This document shows, piece by piece, positions 8,850 to 16,811 of a stretch of DNA of 32,000 bases. The DNA comes from Mycolicibacterium smegmatis (GTDB taxonomy: Bacteria; Actinomycetota; Actinomycetes; Mycobacteriales; Mycobacteriaceae): contig NZ_LN831039.1 in assembly GCF_001457595.1 (NCBI RefSeq), positions 960,001 through 992,000 of the forward strand, written 5' to 3'. How positions within the stretch are numbered: the first letter of the stretch is position 1; each line of letters begins with the position of its first letter. The notes under the pieces are model-generated. The model did no database searches, was not told the origin of the DNA, and saw nothing but the letters and a program-made list of their open reading frames with translations. Position numbers and translations under genes: made by a program.

Positions 8850-8873
8850 GTTTGTCCCTCAGTGCAATCTCGG
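8816..8873. repeat. Hairpin repeat, family II copy B (overlaps 3' end and stop of the DUF559 gene)
   Basis: CCGAGATTGCAGTGAGGGACAAA (8816-8838) / TTTGTCCCTCAGTGCAATCTCGG (8851-8873), arms pair 22/23, 12-nt loop containing the TGA stop at 8847-8849. Confidence 0.95.
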
Positions 8874-8882
8874 TGTGCGGTT

Positions 8883-10169
8883 TCAGAAGTACCGCAGCCA
8901 GACGTATACCCAGGCCAGGGCCGTGCTGAGGAGCGTCACCACGATGCCGTAGCGCGTGAACTGCCAGAAGCTGATCGGATGGCCCGCGCGTTTGGCGATG
9001 CCGATGGCCACCACGTTGGCGCTCGCGGCGATCGCGGTGCCGTTGCCGCTGAAGCACGCGCCCAGCGCGAACGCCCACCACAGGGCGTCGCCGGTCACCG
9101 CGTCGGGCGCCTGGGCGACCATCGACTCGACCACCGGGGTCATGGTCGCGGTGTAAGGGATGTTGTCGATGAACGCGCCCGCGATCGACGAACCGAACAG
9201 CAGGGCCGTGGCCGCACCGAGCCAGTTGTCGCCGAACGCCGATTGCGCGACCGAGCCGAGTTCCCCGATGACGCCGGTGTGCGTCAGGCCGGCGACCATG
9301 ACGAACAGGCCCATGAAGAACACCAGCGTGGGCCACTCGACCTCGGGCAGCACCTCGTTGATGTCGACATCGGTGACCAGCAGCATCACGCCCGCGCCGA
9401 GCAGTGCGACGATCGAAGGGGCGACGTGGAAAACCGAGTGCAGCGCGAAGCCGACGATGACGATGTTGAGCACGATCAGGGACCGGACCAGCAGGCGCAT
9501 GTCCTTGATGGCGCGCCGTTCCTGCAGCGCCATCACCTCTTCGATGTGAACGTGATTGGCGCGCAGCTCTTTCCGGAACAGCACGCGTGTGAACACCACG
9601 AACAGTGCGAAGATCACGACCACGATCGGGGCCATGTGGACGAGGAAGTCGTTGAACGTCAGGCCCGCCCGGCTGCCGATGATGATGTTCGGCGGATCAC
9701 CGATGAGCGTGGCCGCGCCGCCGATGTTGGACGCGAGGACCTCGGCGATCAGGTAGGGCTGCGGCGGGATGCGCAGGCGGTCGCAGATCACGACCGTGAC
9801 CGGCGCGACCAGCAGGATGATCGTGACGTTGTCGAGCACCGGCGATGCGAACGCGGTGATGACCATCAGCATGACCATCAGCCGGAACGGTTTACCGCGA
9901 GAGCGTTTCGCGGCCCAGATGGCGAGGAAGTCGAACAGGCCGGTCTGTTTGACCACGCCGACGATCACCATCATGCCGAGCAGCAGGAAGATGACGTTCC
10001 AGTCGATACCTTCGTGCTCGGAGTAGAACACCTCCGCGCCGGGCACCAGACCCAACAAGGTCATCAGCCCGGCGGCGACGAGAACCGTCTTGACCTTGTC
10101 GGCCCGCTCGGTGGCGATGAACCAGAAGGCGACGACGAATATCGTCAGCGCCAGAACCGGAGCCAGCAC
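8883..10169 (-). CDS. ArsB/NhaD/SLC13-type ion permease (428 aa)
   Basis: LLLGMMVIVGVVKQTGLFDFLAIWAAKRSRG..., ASNIGGAATLIGDPPNIIIGSRAGLTFNDF..., DNIPYTATMTPVV, ion transporter superfamily motifs. Confidence 0.9.
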   Translation of the reverse strand: MLAPVLALTIFVVAFWFIATERADKVKTVLVAAGLMTLLGLVPGAEVFYSEHEGIDWNVIFLLLGMMVIVGVVKQTGLFDFLAIWAAKRSRGKPFRLMVMLMVITAFASPVLDNVTIILLVAPVTVVICDRLRIPPQPYLIAEVLASNIGGAATLIGDPPNIIIGSRAGLTFNDFLVHMAPIVVVIFALFVVFTRVLFRKELRANHVHIEEVMALQERRAIKDMRLLVRSLIVLNIVIVGFALHSVFHVAPSIVALLGAGVMLLVTDVDINEVLPEVEWPTLVFFMGLFVMVAGLTHTGVIGELGSVAQSAFGDNWLGAATALLFGSSIAGAFIDNIPYTATMTPVVESMVAQAPDAVTGDALWWAFALGACFSGNGTAIAASANVVAIGIAKRAGHPISFWQFTRYGIVVTLLSTALAWVYVWLRYF

Positions 10170-10187
10170 GGGCCGGGAACCGGGGGA

Positions 10188-10646
10188 TCAGTCGCCCGGC
10201 CCGGCAACAGCCAGACTGGTCAGCAGCCGTTCCAGGGTGACAGCGCCGGTGAGCTTTCCGTCGCGATCGACGACGGCGATCAGCGGGCTGCGCTTGTTCG
10301 CCATGATCGTCGCGATCTCCAGCAGCGTGGCGTCGGGCGCCACGGTCGCCGGCGTGGCGACGGGGTTGGGAAGGCAGTCACCGACGGTGAGCTTGCCGGG
10401 TCCGTGCCAGAACAGGTCGGCGTGGATCTCGTCGACCGTTCGCACCAGCGCGGGATCGTCGCGGTAGGACTCGGGAATTGCCAACTTCAGCACCTGGGTG
10501 CCGGGCAGCACAGCCACCGGACGATCGAGGTCGTCGACGACCACCAGGCCCGGCAGCCGATTGACGACCATCAACTGCACAGCCTTGGAGACGGGGTCGT
10601 CGATGCGCACGGTCGGCGGGTGAACGGCGATCTCATGAGCTTGCAT
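10188..10646 (-). CDS. CBS domain-containing protein
   Basis: ATG at 10646 ([53 protein letters not shown]...), with a second CBS motif [48 protein letters not shown]. Confidence 0.88.
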   Translation of the reverse strand: MQAHEIAVHPPTVRIDDPVSKAVQLMVVNRLPGLVVVDDLDRPVAVLPGTQVLKLAIPESYRDDPALVRTVDEIHADLFWHGPGKLTVGDCLPNPVATPATVAPDATLLEIATIMANKRSPLIAVVDRDGKLTGAVTLERLLTSLAVAGPGD

Positions 10647-10678
10647 ATCTCGTTTCCCTCGAGCAGGGGCAGTTAAGG

Positions 10679-10927
10679 TCATGGTCCTCGTTCTCCGATC
10701 AATTCGGGACGGGTGTGCAGGATCTCGGCAATTTCGTCGGCCTCGTCGGGTTCCAACACGATGGTCTCGGCAGGGACGTCGACATCGGCGCCCGGGTCGT
10801 CAGCGCGGTAGGTGAACAGATGGCGGTTGCGATCGGCGTCGACCAGAACGCAGAACCGCTTGCCGTTCCGCGTGAGGACGTGGTGGAGCATTCCGTTACC
10901 AGGGACTGGCATCCGATCGATCCGCAT
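10679..10927 (-). CDS. Small protein resembling the N-terminal domain of KhtT-type cation:proton antiporter regulatory subunits (82 aa, no TrkA-C domain)
   Basis: [71 protein letters not shown]; ATG at 10927 preceded by GGAGG. Confidence 0.6.
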   Translation of the reverse strand: MRIDRMPVPGNGMLHHVLTRNGKRFCVLVDADRNRHLFTYRADDPGADVDVPAETIVLEPDEADEIAEILHTRPELIGERGP

Positions 10928-11059
10928 CGGTGTTCCCTCCAAGCAGGTGCCCTCAAGTCTGCTTTTCCTATCTATCTGGGGCTATCCGGTCTGACACCCA
11001 TTCGGCCGGGGGTGAAGACTGTATGGACAAAACCCGCGGGGACAGTCCACGCTGGTGGG

Positions 11060-12028
11060 GTGAAACCGGCGCGCACTCCGGCGGCCGCGCTGTTCCGGAG
11101 AGTGTTTCTGATCAACGGCCTGATCTTCGCCCTCGGCACGTTGATCCTGGCAGTCTCACCGGCGACGGTTTCCTCGCGAATCCGGCTGACCGAGATCCCG
11201 GTGCTCGTCGTGGGTCTGGCGGTCATGCTGACAGCCAACGCGCTGCTGCTGCGGTCGAGTCTCGCCCCGCTGAACCGGCTCGCCGAATCCATGCAACGCG
11301 TCGACCCGCCGCGGCGTACCGACCGCGTCGACGGCCGCGGCACCGGGGACCTGCACCACCTGATCGAATCGTTCAACGCCATGCTCGACAGGCTGGAGAC
11401 CGAGCGGTCCACGGCCAGCGCGTCGGCACTTGCGGCCCAGGAGAACGAGCGGCAGCGCATCGCACGCGAACTGCACGACGAGATCGGCCAGACGCTGACC
11501 GTCGCGCTGCTCGCACTCAAACGTGCCGTCGACCGGGCGCCCGAGTCGATCCGCGGTGAGCTGTCCGATGCGAAGGAGATCGTGCGGTCCAGCCTCGACG
11601 AGGTGCGCGAGATCGCGCGGCGGTTGCGCCCCGACGCTTTGGAGGACCTGGGGCTGCACAGCGCATTGAACGCGTTGTGCAGCGACTTCGCGCAGGCGTC
11701 CGGCATCAGCGTCGTGAAACACATTTCGCCGCAACTGGATCGGTTGAAGCCCGACGTCGAGTTGGTGTGCTACCGGATTGTGCAGGAAAGTCTGACGAAC
11801 GTCGCACGGCACTCGGGTGCCCGCAAGGTGTGGCTCGATCTGCACATCAGCACCGACGAGTTGACGCTGCGTATTGCCGACGACGGACGCGGCGGTGTGC
11901 TCGAGGAGGGGGCCGGTATCAACGGCATGCGTGAACGTGCGCTGCTGGTGAACGGCACCTTCACCATCAGTTCGCCGGAGGACGGCGGCACCGAGGTGCG
12001 GTTGGTCATCCCGATGCGAGGCGGTTGA
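11060..12028 (+). CDS. Sensor histidine kinase (HisKA_3/NarX-like, with HAMP-like region)
   Basis: GTG start at 11060; ENERQRIARELHDEIGQTLTVALLALK H-box, RIVQESLTNVARHSGARKVWL N-box, DDGRGG G-box; upstream TM segment. Confidence 0.9.
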   Translation: MKPARTPAAALFRRVFLINGLIFALGTLILAVSPATVSSRIRLTEIPVLVVGLAVMLTANALLLRSSLAPLNRLAESMQRVDPPRRTDRVDGRGTGDLHHLIESFNAMLDRLETERSTASASALAAQENERQRIARELHDEIGQTLTVALLALKRAVDRAPESIRGELSDAKEIVRSSLDEVREIARRLRPDALEDLGLHSALNALCSDFAQASGISVVKHISPQLDRLKPDVELVCYRIVQESLTNVARHSGARKVWLDLHISTDELTLRIADDGRGGVLEEGAGINGMRERALLVNGTFTISSPEDGGTEVRLVIPMRGG

Positions 12029-12675
12029 TGGCAGCTCGCATACTGCTGGCCGACGATCACGCGCTGGTGCGCAGCGGGCTGCGCATGATCATCGACGCCG
12101 AACCGGATCTTCAGGTGGTGGCCGAGGCGGCCGACGGATACGAGGCACTCTCGGCCCTGGACACCGAAACCGTCGACCTGGCGATTCTCGACATCGCGAT
12201 GCCGCGGATGACGGGACTGCAGGCCGCGCGGGAGATCAATCGGTCGCATCCGGACGTCCGGATCCTGATCCTGTCGATGTACGACAACGAGCAGTACTTC
12301 TTCGAGGCGCTCAAGGCCGGCGCGTCGGGGTATGTGCTGAAGTCGGTGGCCGACCGCGACCTGCTCGAGGCGTGCCGTGCGACGCTGCGTGGTGAACCCT
12401 TCCTGTACGCCGGTGCCATCACGGCCCTGATCCGCGATTTCCTGCACCGTGCGCGCCAGGGTGGCGAACCACCCGACAGCATCCTCACGCCGCGTGAGGA
12501 GGAGGTGCTCAAGCTGATCGCCGAGGGGTATTCGACGCGCGAGATCGCCGCGACGCTGACGATCAGCGCCAAGACCGTCGACCGGCACCGCACGAACATC
12601 CTGGCCAAGCTCGGTCTGCGTGACCGATTGGCGCTGACGCGCTACGCGATCCGGGCCGGTCTCATCGAGCCGTGA
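12028..12675 (+). CDS. NarL/LuxR-family response regulator
   Basis: MAARILLADDHALVRSGLRMIIDAEPDLQVVAEAADGYEAL... receiver and LTPREEEVLKLIAEGYSTREIAATLTISAKTVDRHRTNILAKLG HTH; start overlaps the kinase stop. Confidence 0.95.
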   Translation: MAARILLADDHALVRSGLRMIIDAEPDLQVVAEAADGYEALSALDTETVDLAILDIAMPRMTGLQAAREINRSHPDVRILILSMYDNEQYFFEALKAGASGYVLKSVADRDLLEACRATLRGEPFLYAGAITALIRDFLHRARQGGEPPDSILTPREEEVLKLIAEGYSTREIAATLTISAKTVDRHRTNILAKLGLRDRLALTRYAIRAGLIEP

Positions 12676-13094
12676 GCCCAGATCGGAATGGCATGGGAGG
12701 CAACGCCGATGCCCCAGCCCATGATCGGCCACACCGGCCAGAAGTACCATCCGCCTCCGCCGAGGCCGACGGCCAGCCAGATGCCGAGCATCAACACCGA
12801 ACCCGCGACGTAGGCCGCGAGGTGTAGCCGCACACTCATGCGGGCCGCGCGCATCTGTGCCTCGCGCCGGCGAGGGTCGTTGCGGCGCAGGGCGGCCACG
12901 GGAAGGTCGGCGACGAGGTCGCGCAGTTGCGCGGTGGTCTGCGCGCCGAACACTCGCTGCAACCGTTCCTCGTACTCGGGCATCCCCAGGTAGCCCTGTG
13001 CGAGGGCGCGGCCCAGGTCATCGGCGGTGCGTTCCCGCTCCGGGTCGCCGACGCGCGTGGACCGCTCGACAGTGGGCAGAACCGTGTTGGCCAT
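12642..13094 (-). CDS. DUF1707 domain protein with C-terminal 2TM region
   Basis: MANTVLPTVERSTRVGDPERERTADDLGRALAQGYLGMPEYEERLQRVFGAQTTAQLRDLVADLP..., DUF1707 pattern; then two hydrophobic segments. Confidence 0.88.
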   Translation of the reverse strand: MANTVLPTVERSTRVGDPERERTADDLGRALAQGYLGMPEYEERLQRVFGAQTTAQLRDLVADLPVAALRRNDPRRREAQMRAARMSVRLHLAAYVAGSVLMLGIWLAVGLGGGGWYFWPVWPIMGWGIGVASHAIPIWAHGSMRPARIA

Positions 13095-13108
13095 GGCAGC
13101 CTCCCGAT

Positions 13109-13161
13109 ATCTTGACGGTGACAAGTTCCACTGTCGCATGCGAACTTGTCACCGTCAAGAT
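13109..13161. repeat. Hairpin element, family III (perfect 19-bp arms)
   Basis: ATCTTGACGGTGACAAGTT (13109-13127) and exact reverse complement AACTTGTCACCGTCAAGAT (13143-13161); 15-nt loop containing CGCATGCG. Confidence 0.95.
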
Positions 13162-13541
13162 GTTTTCTGCTCCTGTCTCGCGCGGCCGGCAATGCGTTTG
13201 AGGGTCCGGCGCACGGCCACCCGGTGCCCGCCGGTGCCGATGACGAGCGCCCGGTAGACCTTGCCGTGCGGGCCCGGGAATGCCGCCCAGGTCTGCGAAC
13301 GCACCCGGGTTCGGCGCGCGTTGACCGCATCGAGAATGAACACCCACTCGTAGGCCGCGAACGGGTGGCGGCCACGGAGGCTGAGCCGCGTCCCGGCTTC
13401 GAAGTCGCCGATGACGAACCCGAATGGCGCGCGCGGATCGGCGGCATCTCCGCAGAGCGTGGTCAACACGGCCGCCCAGGTCGTAGCCGTATCGGTGTCG
13501 AGAGTTATGGCATGCTCATCGATATAGGATAATCGCTCCAT
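13155..13541 (-). CDS. DUF2867-like hypothetical protein (128 aa)
   Basis: Minus-strand ATG at 13541: MERLSYIDEHAITLDTDTATTWAAVLTTLCG...GFVIGDFEAGTRLSLRGRHPFAAYEWVFILD...SQTWAAFPGPHGKVYRALVIGTGGHRVAVRRTLKRIAGRARQEQKTS*, TGA at 13155-13157. Confidence 0.65.
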   Translation of the reverse strand: MERLSYIDEHAITLDTDTATTWAAVLTTLCGDAADPRAPFGFVIGDFEAGTRLSLRGRHPFAAYEWVFILDAVNARRTRVRSQTWAAFPGPHGKVYRALVIGTGGHRVAVRRTLKRIAGRARQEQKTS

Positions 13542-13562
13542 ATAGAAGGACCGTACTAGATA

Positions 13563-14576
13563 GTGGCACCTCCACGGAAGCATGAAACCGACGCGATCCT
13601 CGACGCGGCGCGTGCGCTCGTCCTCACCGAAGGTCCGCGGGCAGCCAGTGTCGCCGCGATCGCCAAGGCCAGCGGTGCCCCGGTTGGCACCCTGTATCAC
13701 CGGTTCGGCAACCGCGACGGCATTCTCAAGGCCACCTGGCTGCGTGGCATCGAGCGGTTCCAGCGCCGCGCCATGGCAGCCGATGGTGCGACGCCGGTCG
13801 AGGTTGCGGTCGCGATGGCCGGCGCGGTCCTGCAGTTCGCGCGCGACGAACCCGAGGACGCCCGGTTGCTGCTGACCATCCGGCGGGCCGACCTGCTCGA
13901 CGGTGGGCCCGACGCCGACTTCGACGCGACGCTGGCCGACATGAACGCCCCGGTCTTCGAACGCCTCCACGAACTGGCCCGCGGCATCTTCGGGCGCGAC
14001 GACGACCGGGCGATGGACGCCGTCATGCGCGCCGTGGCCGACCTGCCGTACGCGACCGTGCGGCGTCACATCGACGACGGCAAATGGCCGGTGTGGCTGT
14101 CGGAGGACCTTGCGACGTCGGTACGTAGGCTGTTGTCCGTGGACAAAATCGTCAGCGCCAGCCGCGAGATCGCCGCACCTTCTGACGTCATCTTCGAACT
14201 CATCGCCGACCCGGCCCAGCAGCCCCGCTGGGACGGCAACGAGAATCTGCTCAGGATGGCCTCGGGTGGGCGCGTCCGCGGCGTCGGCGAGGTCTTCACG
14301 ATGGAGATCAAGCAGGGCGGCTTCCGGGACAATCACGTCATCGAGTTCGAGGAGGGGCGCCGGATCGCTTGGCGCCCTGCGGTTGCCGGTGAACAGCCGC
14401 TCGGACATCTGTGGCGCTGGGAACTGCAGCCCGCCGGTGAGGGGCGCACGCTGGTCACCCACACCTACGACTGGACGCAGCTCACCGACGAGAAACGCTT
14501 CCCCAAGGCGAGCGCGACCACCGCCGACAAGCTGCAGGAGTCCGTCGATCGGCTCGCCGCGATCGTCGAGGGCTAA
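13563..14576 (+). CDS. TetR-family regulator fused to SRPBCC (START-like) domain, 337 aa
   Basis: N-terminal HTH ILDAARALVLTEGPRAASVAAIAKASGAPVGTLYHRFGNRDGI; C-terminal VDKIVSASREIAAPSDVIFELIADPAQQPRWDGNENL...GHLWRWELQPAGEGRTLVTHTYDWTQL; single uninterrupted ORF. Confidence 0.88.
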   Translation: MAPPRKHETDAILDAARALVLTEGPRAASVAAIAKASGAPVGTLYHRFGNRDGILKATWLRGIERFQRRAMAADGATPVEVAVAMAGAVLQFARDEPEDARLLLTIRRADLLDGGPDADFDATLADMNAPVFERLHELARGIFGRDDDRAMDAVMRAVADLPYATVRRHIDDGKWPVWLSEDLATSVRRLLSVDKIVSASREIAAPSDVIFELIADPAQQPRWDGNENLLRMASGGRVRGVGEVFTMEIKQGGFRDNHVIEFEEGRRIAWRPAVAGEQPLGHLWRWELQPAGEGRTLVTHTYDWTQLTDEKRFPKASATTADKLQESVDRLAAIVEG

Positions 14577-16810
14577 CGCTTCTCGGCGAACTCCCGCAGC
14601 GACTCCACCTGCGCGGGATCCAGTGACGGACGCACGGTTTCGCGCGCCTTGGCGACGTCGGCGGCCGTGACGTCGGCCGCGTCGATCGAGCGGCGCATGG
14701 CCGTCATCGCCGATTCCCGCAGCAGCGCAACGCAATCGGCCGCGCTGTAGCCGTCCAGATCGTCCGCCAGGCTGTCGAGGTCGACATCATCGGCCAGCGG
14801 GATGGATTTGCCTGCGGTACGCAGGATGTCGCGGCGCGCGGCGGCGTCCGGCGGTTCCACGAACACCAGGCGCTCGAGGCGCCCTGGCCGCAGCAACGCC
14901 GGGTCGATAAGGTCGGGCCGGTTGGTGGCGCCGAGCACGACGACGTCACGCAGCGGCTCGATGCCGTCGAGTTCGGTGAGCAGCGACGCCACCACCTTGT
15001 CGGTGACCCCGGAGTCGAAGTTCTGTCCGCGGCGCGGCGCGAGCGCGTCGATCTCGTCGAGGAACACCAGCGAGGGCGCCGAATCCCGGGCCCTGGCGAA
15101 CAGTTCCCGCACGGCCTTCTCCGAGGAGCCGACCCATTTGTCCATCAGCTCAGAGCCTTTGACGGCGTGCACCGACAACCGACCCGAACTGGCCAGGGCG
15201 CGCACCACGAACGTCTTGCCGCACCCGGGCGGACCGTAGAGCAGCACGCCGCGCGGCGGGTCGATGCCGAGGCGGGAGAACGTGTCGGGGTGCTGCAGCG
15301 GCCACAACACGGCCTCGGTGAGCGCACGCTTGGTCTCGACCATGTCGCCGACATCGTCGAGCGTGACCGAACCGACCGACACCTCCTCGGACGCCGAACG
15401 CGACAACGGCCGGATGACCGTGAGCGCGCCCTCGAGGTCCTCGTGACGCAGCACCGGATCGTCGTCGGAGGAACTGGCCCTCGCGGCCGCCCGCAGCGCG
15501 CCCTCGCGGACCACGGCGGCCAGATCGGCCACCACGAAACCGGGTGTGTGATCAGCGATGTCGCCCAGATCGAGGTCCTCGGACGGGACCCCGCGCAACA
15601 GCATCTCCAGCAGCGACCTGCGGGCCGTGGCGTCGGGCAGGCTCAACCCCAGTTCGCGGTCGCACACCTCGGGTGCGCGCAACCGGGCGTCGACGTTCTC
15701 GGGAACCGCGGACGTCGCGATGAACGCCACGCCTGGCGTGGCAACGGCCTTGCGCAGTTCGGCGAGGATCAGCGTCGCCACGGGTTCGGGTGGCCGCATC
15801 TCGTTGCCCGCGGGCAGCAGCGCGTCGACGTCGGCGATGAACAGGACGCCGCCGGACTCGGTCACGGCCGCCACCGCCGACGTGACGCTGCGCAGGCGTT
15901 CGTCGACCTGCAGCGCACCGACCTCGGGGCCGTCGAGTTCCACCACGCGCCGCGAGGCGCAGACCGCGCGCACCATGGTGGCCTTGCCGACGCCGGCCGG
16001 ACCGGACACGAGCACGCCCAGATGCGGTGTGGCGCCCAGGGTCTTGAGAAGTTCGGGCTCGTCGAGGGACAGCCGCAGCCACTCGTCGAGTTTGACGGCC
16101 TGCGGATGGGTCACCTTGACGTCGTCGAACGACACGGGCTGTTCGGACCGTTGCGGGCTGACGGTGTGCCGGCCCGTGGGTGGTGGTGCGGGATCTTCGG
16201 GAGTACCGGTACCCCACGACACCACCGAATTCGGTTGCACGCTCACCGTGCCCGGCGGATCGACCGCGGTGACGGTCAGGAGCTCGGAGGTCCAGGTGAT
16301 GCCCACCGACGACGCCAGAGCGCTGGTGGCCGCCGAGGTGGACGTGCCGGGTCCGAGGTCGCGGGGCAGCAGCGAGACGGTGTCGCCGACCGTCATCACC
16401 TTGCCCAACAGGGCCATCCGCAACGTCGCGGGGGAGATGGACTGTGTGGCCAGGCGTGAACCAGACACCGTGACCGACCGCGCGCCGTACACCGTCACGG
16501 GCGACACCAGCACGGCGGCGTTCTCGCGCACCCCGGCGTTGGACAGCGTGACGTCGTCGAGCAGTGCGGTGCCGGCGGGCACCCCGGGCCCGGCCACGCC
16601 CGCGACGGCCGCGGTGGTGCGCGTCCCGGTCAGGGCCACCGCATCCCACTCCCGGATGCCGAGCGCGGCAAGCACTTCGGGATGCAGACGCACGACGCCG
16701 CGGCGGGAGTCCAGCGCGGAGGTGTTCAGGCGTGCCGTGAGCCGCAGATGGCTGAGGGGGGTGTCGTACTGATCGGCGCCGCCGAATTCGTCGTCGAAAC
16801 CCTGCGACAT
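14573..16810 (-). CDS. Cdc48/VCP-like tandem AAA+ ATPase with N-terminal double-psi barrel-like domain (ortholog of M. tuberculosis Rv0435c)
   Basis: ATG at 16810; second AAA: GVLLYGPPGCGKTFVVRALA, SLVFLDEIDALAPRRG, LLTELDGIEPLRDVVVLGATNRPDLIDPALLRPGRLER; first AAA: GVLVSGPAGVGKATMVRA, GVLFIADVDALLP. Confidence 0.93.
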   Translation of the reverse strand: MSQGFDDEFGGADQYDTPLSHLRLTARLNTSALDSRRGVVRLHPEVLAALGIREWDAVALTGTRTTAAVAGVAGPGVPAGTALLDDVTLSNAGVRENAAVLVSPVTVYGARSVTVSGSRLATQSISPATLRMALLGKVMTVGDTVSLLPRDLGPGTSTSAATSALASSVGITWTSELLTVTAVDPPGTVSVQPNSVVSWGTGTPEDPAPPPTGRHTVSPQRSEQPVSFDDVKVTHPQAVKLDEWLRLSLDEPELLKTLGATPHLGVLVSGPAGVGKATMVRAVCASRRVVELDGPEVGALQVDERLRSVTSAVAAVTESGGVLFIADVDALLPAGNEMRPPEPVATLILAELRKAVATPGVAFIATSAVPENVDARLRAPEVCDRELGLSLPDATARRSLLEMLLRGVPSEDLDLGDIADHTPGFVVADLAAVVREGALRAAARASSSDDDPVLRHEDLEGALTVIRPLSRSASEEVSVGSVTLDDVGDMVETKRALTEAVLWPLQHPDTFSRLGIDPPRGVLLYGPPGCGKTFVVRALASSGRLSVHAVKGSELMDKWVGSSEKAVRELFARARDSAPSLVFLDEIDALAPRRGQNFDSGVTDKVVASLLTELDGIEPLRDVVVLGATNRPDLIDPALLRPGRLERLVFVEPPDAAARRDILRTAGKSIPLADDVDLDSLADDLDGYSAADCVALLRESAMTAMRRSIDAADVTAADVAKARETVRPSLDPAQVESLREFAEKR

Positions 16811-16811
16811 G

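Noticed and set aside
8862-10676. 604-aa + strand ORF
   Set aside because: Antisense to the permease and CBS genes; His/Asp/Gln/Arg-rich low-complexity composition typical of high-GC shadow ORFs.
13155-14735. 526-aa ORF labelled + in the supplied track
   Set aside because: The listed protein reads from TTG at 14735 to the TGA complement at 13155, i.e. the minus strand, so the strand label is wrong. Only its last 128 aa (13541-13155, -) look like a real gene; the rest is antisense to the TetR-SRPBCC gene.
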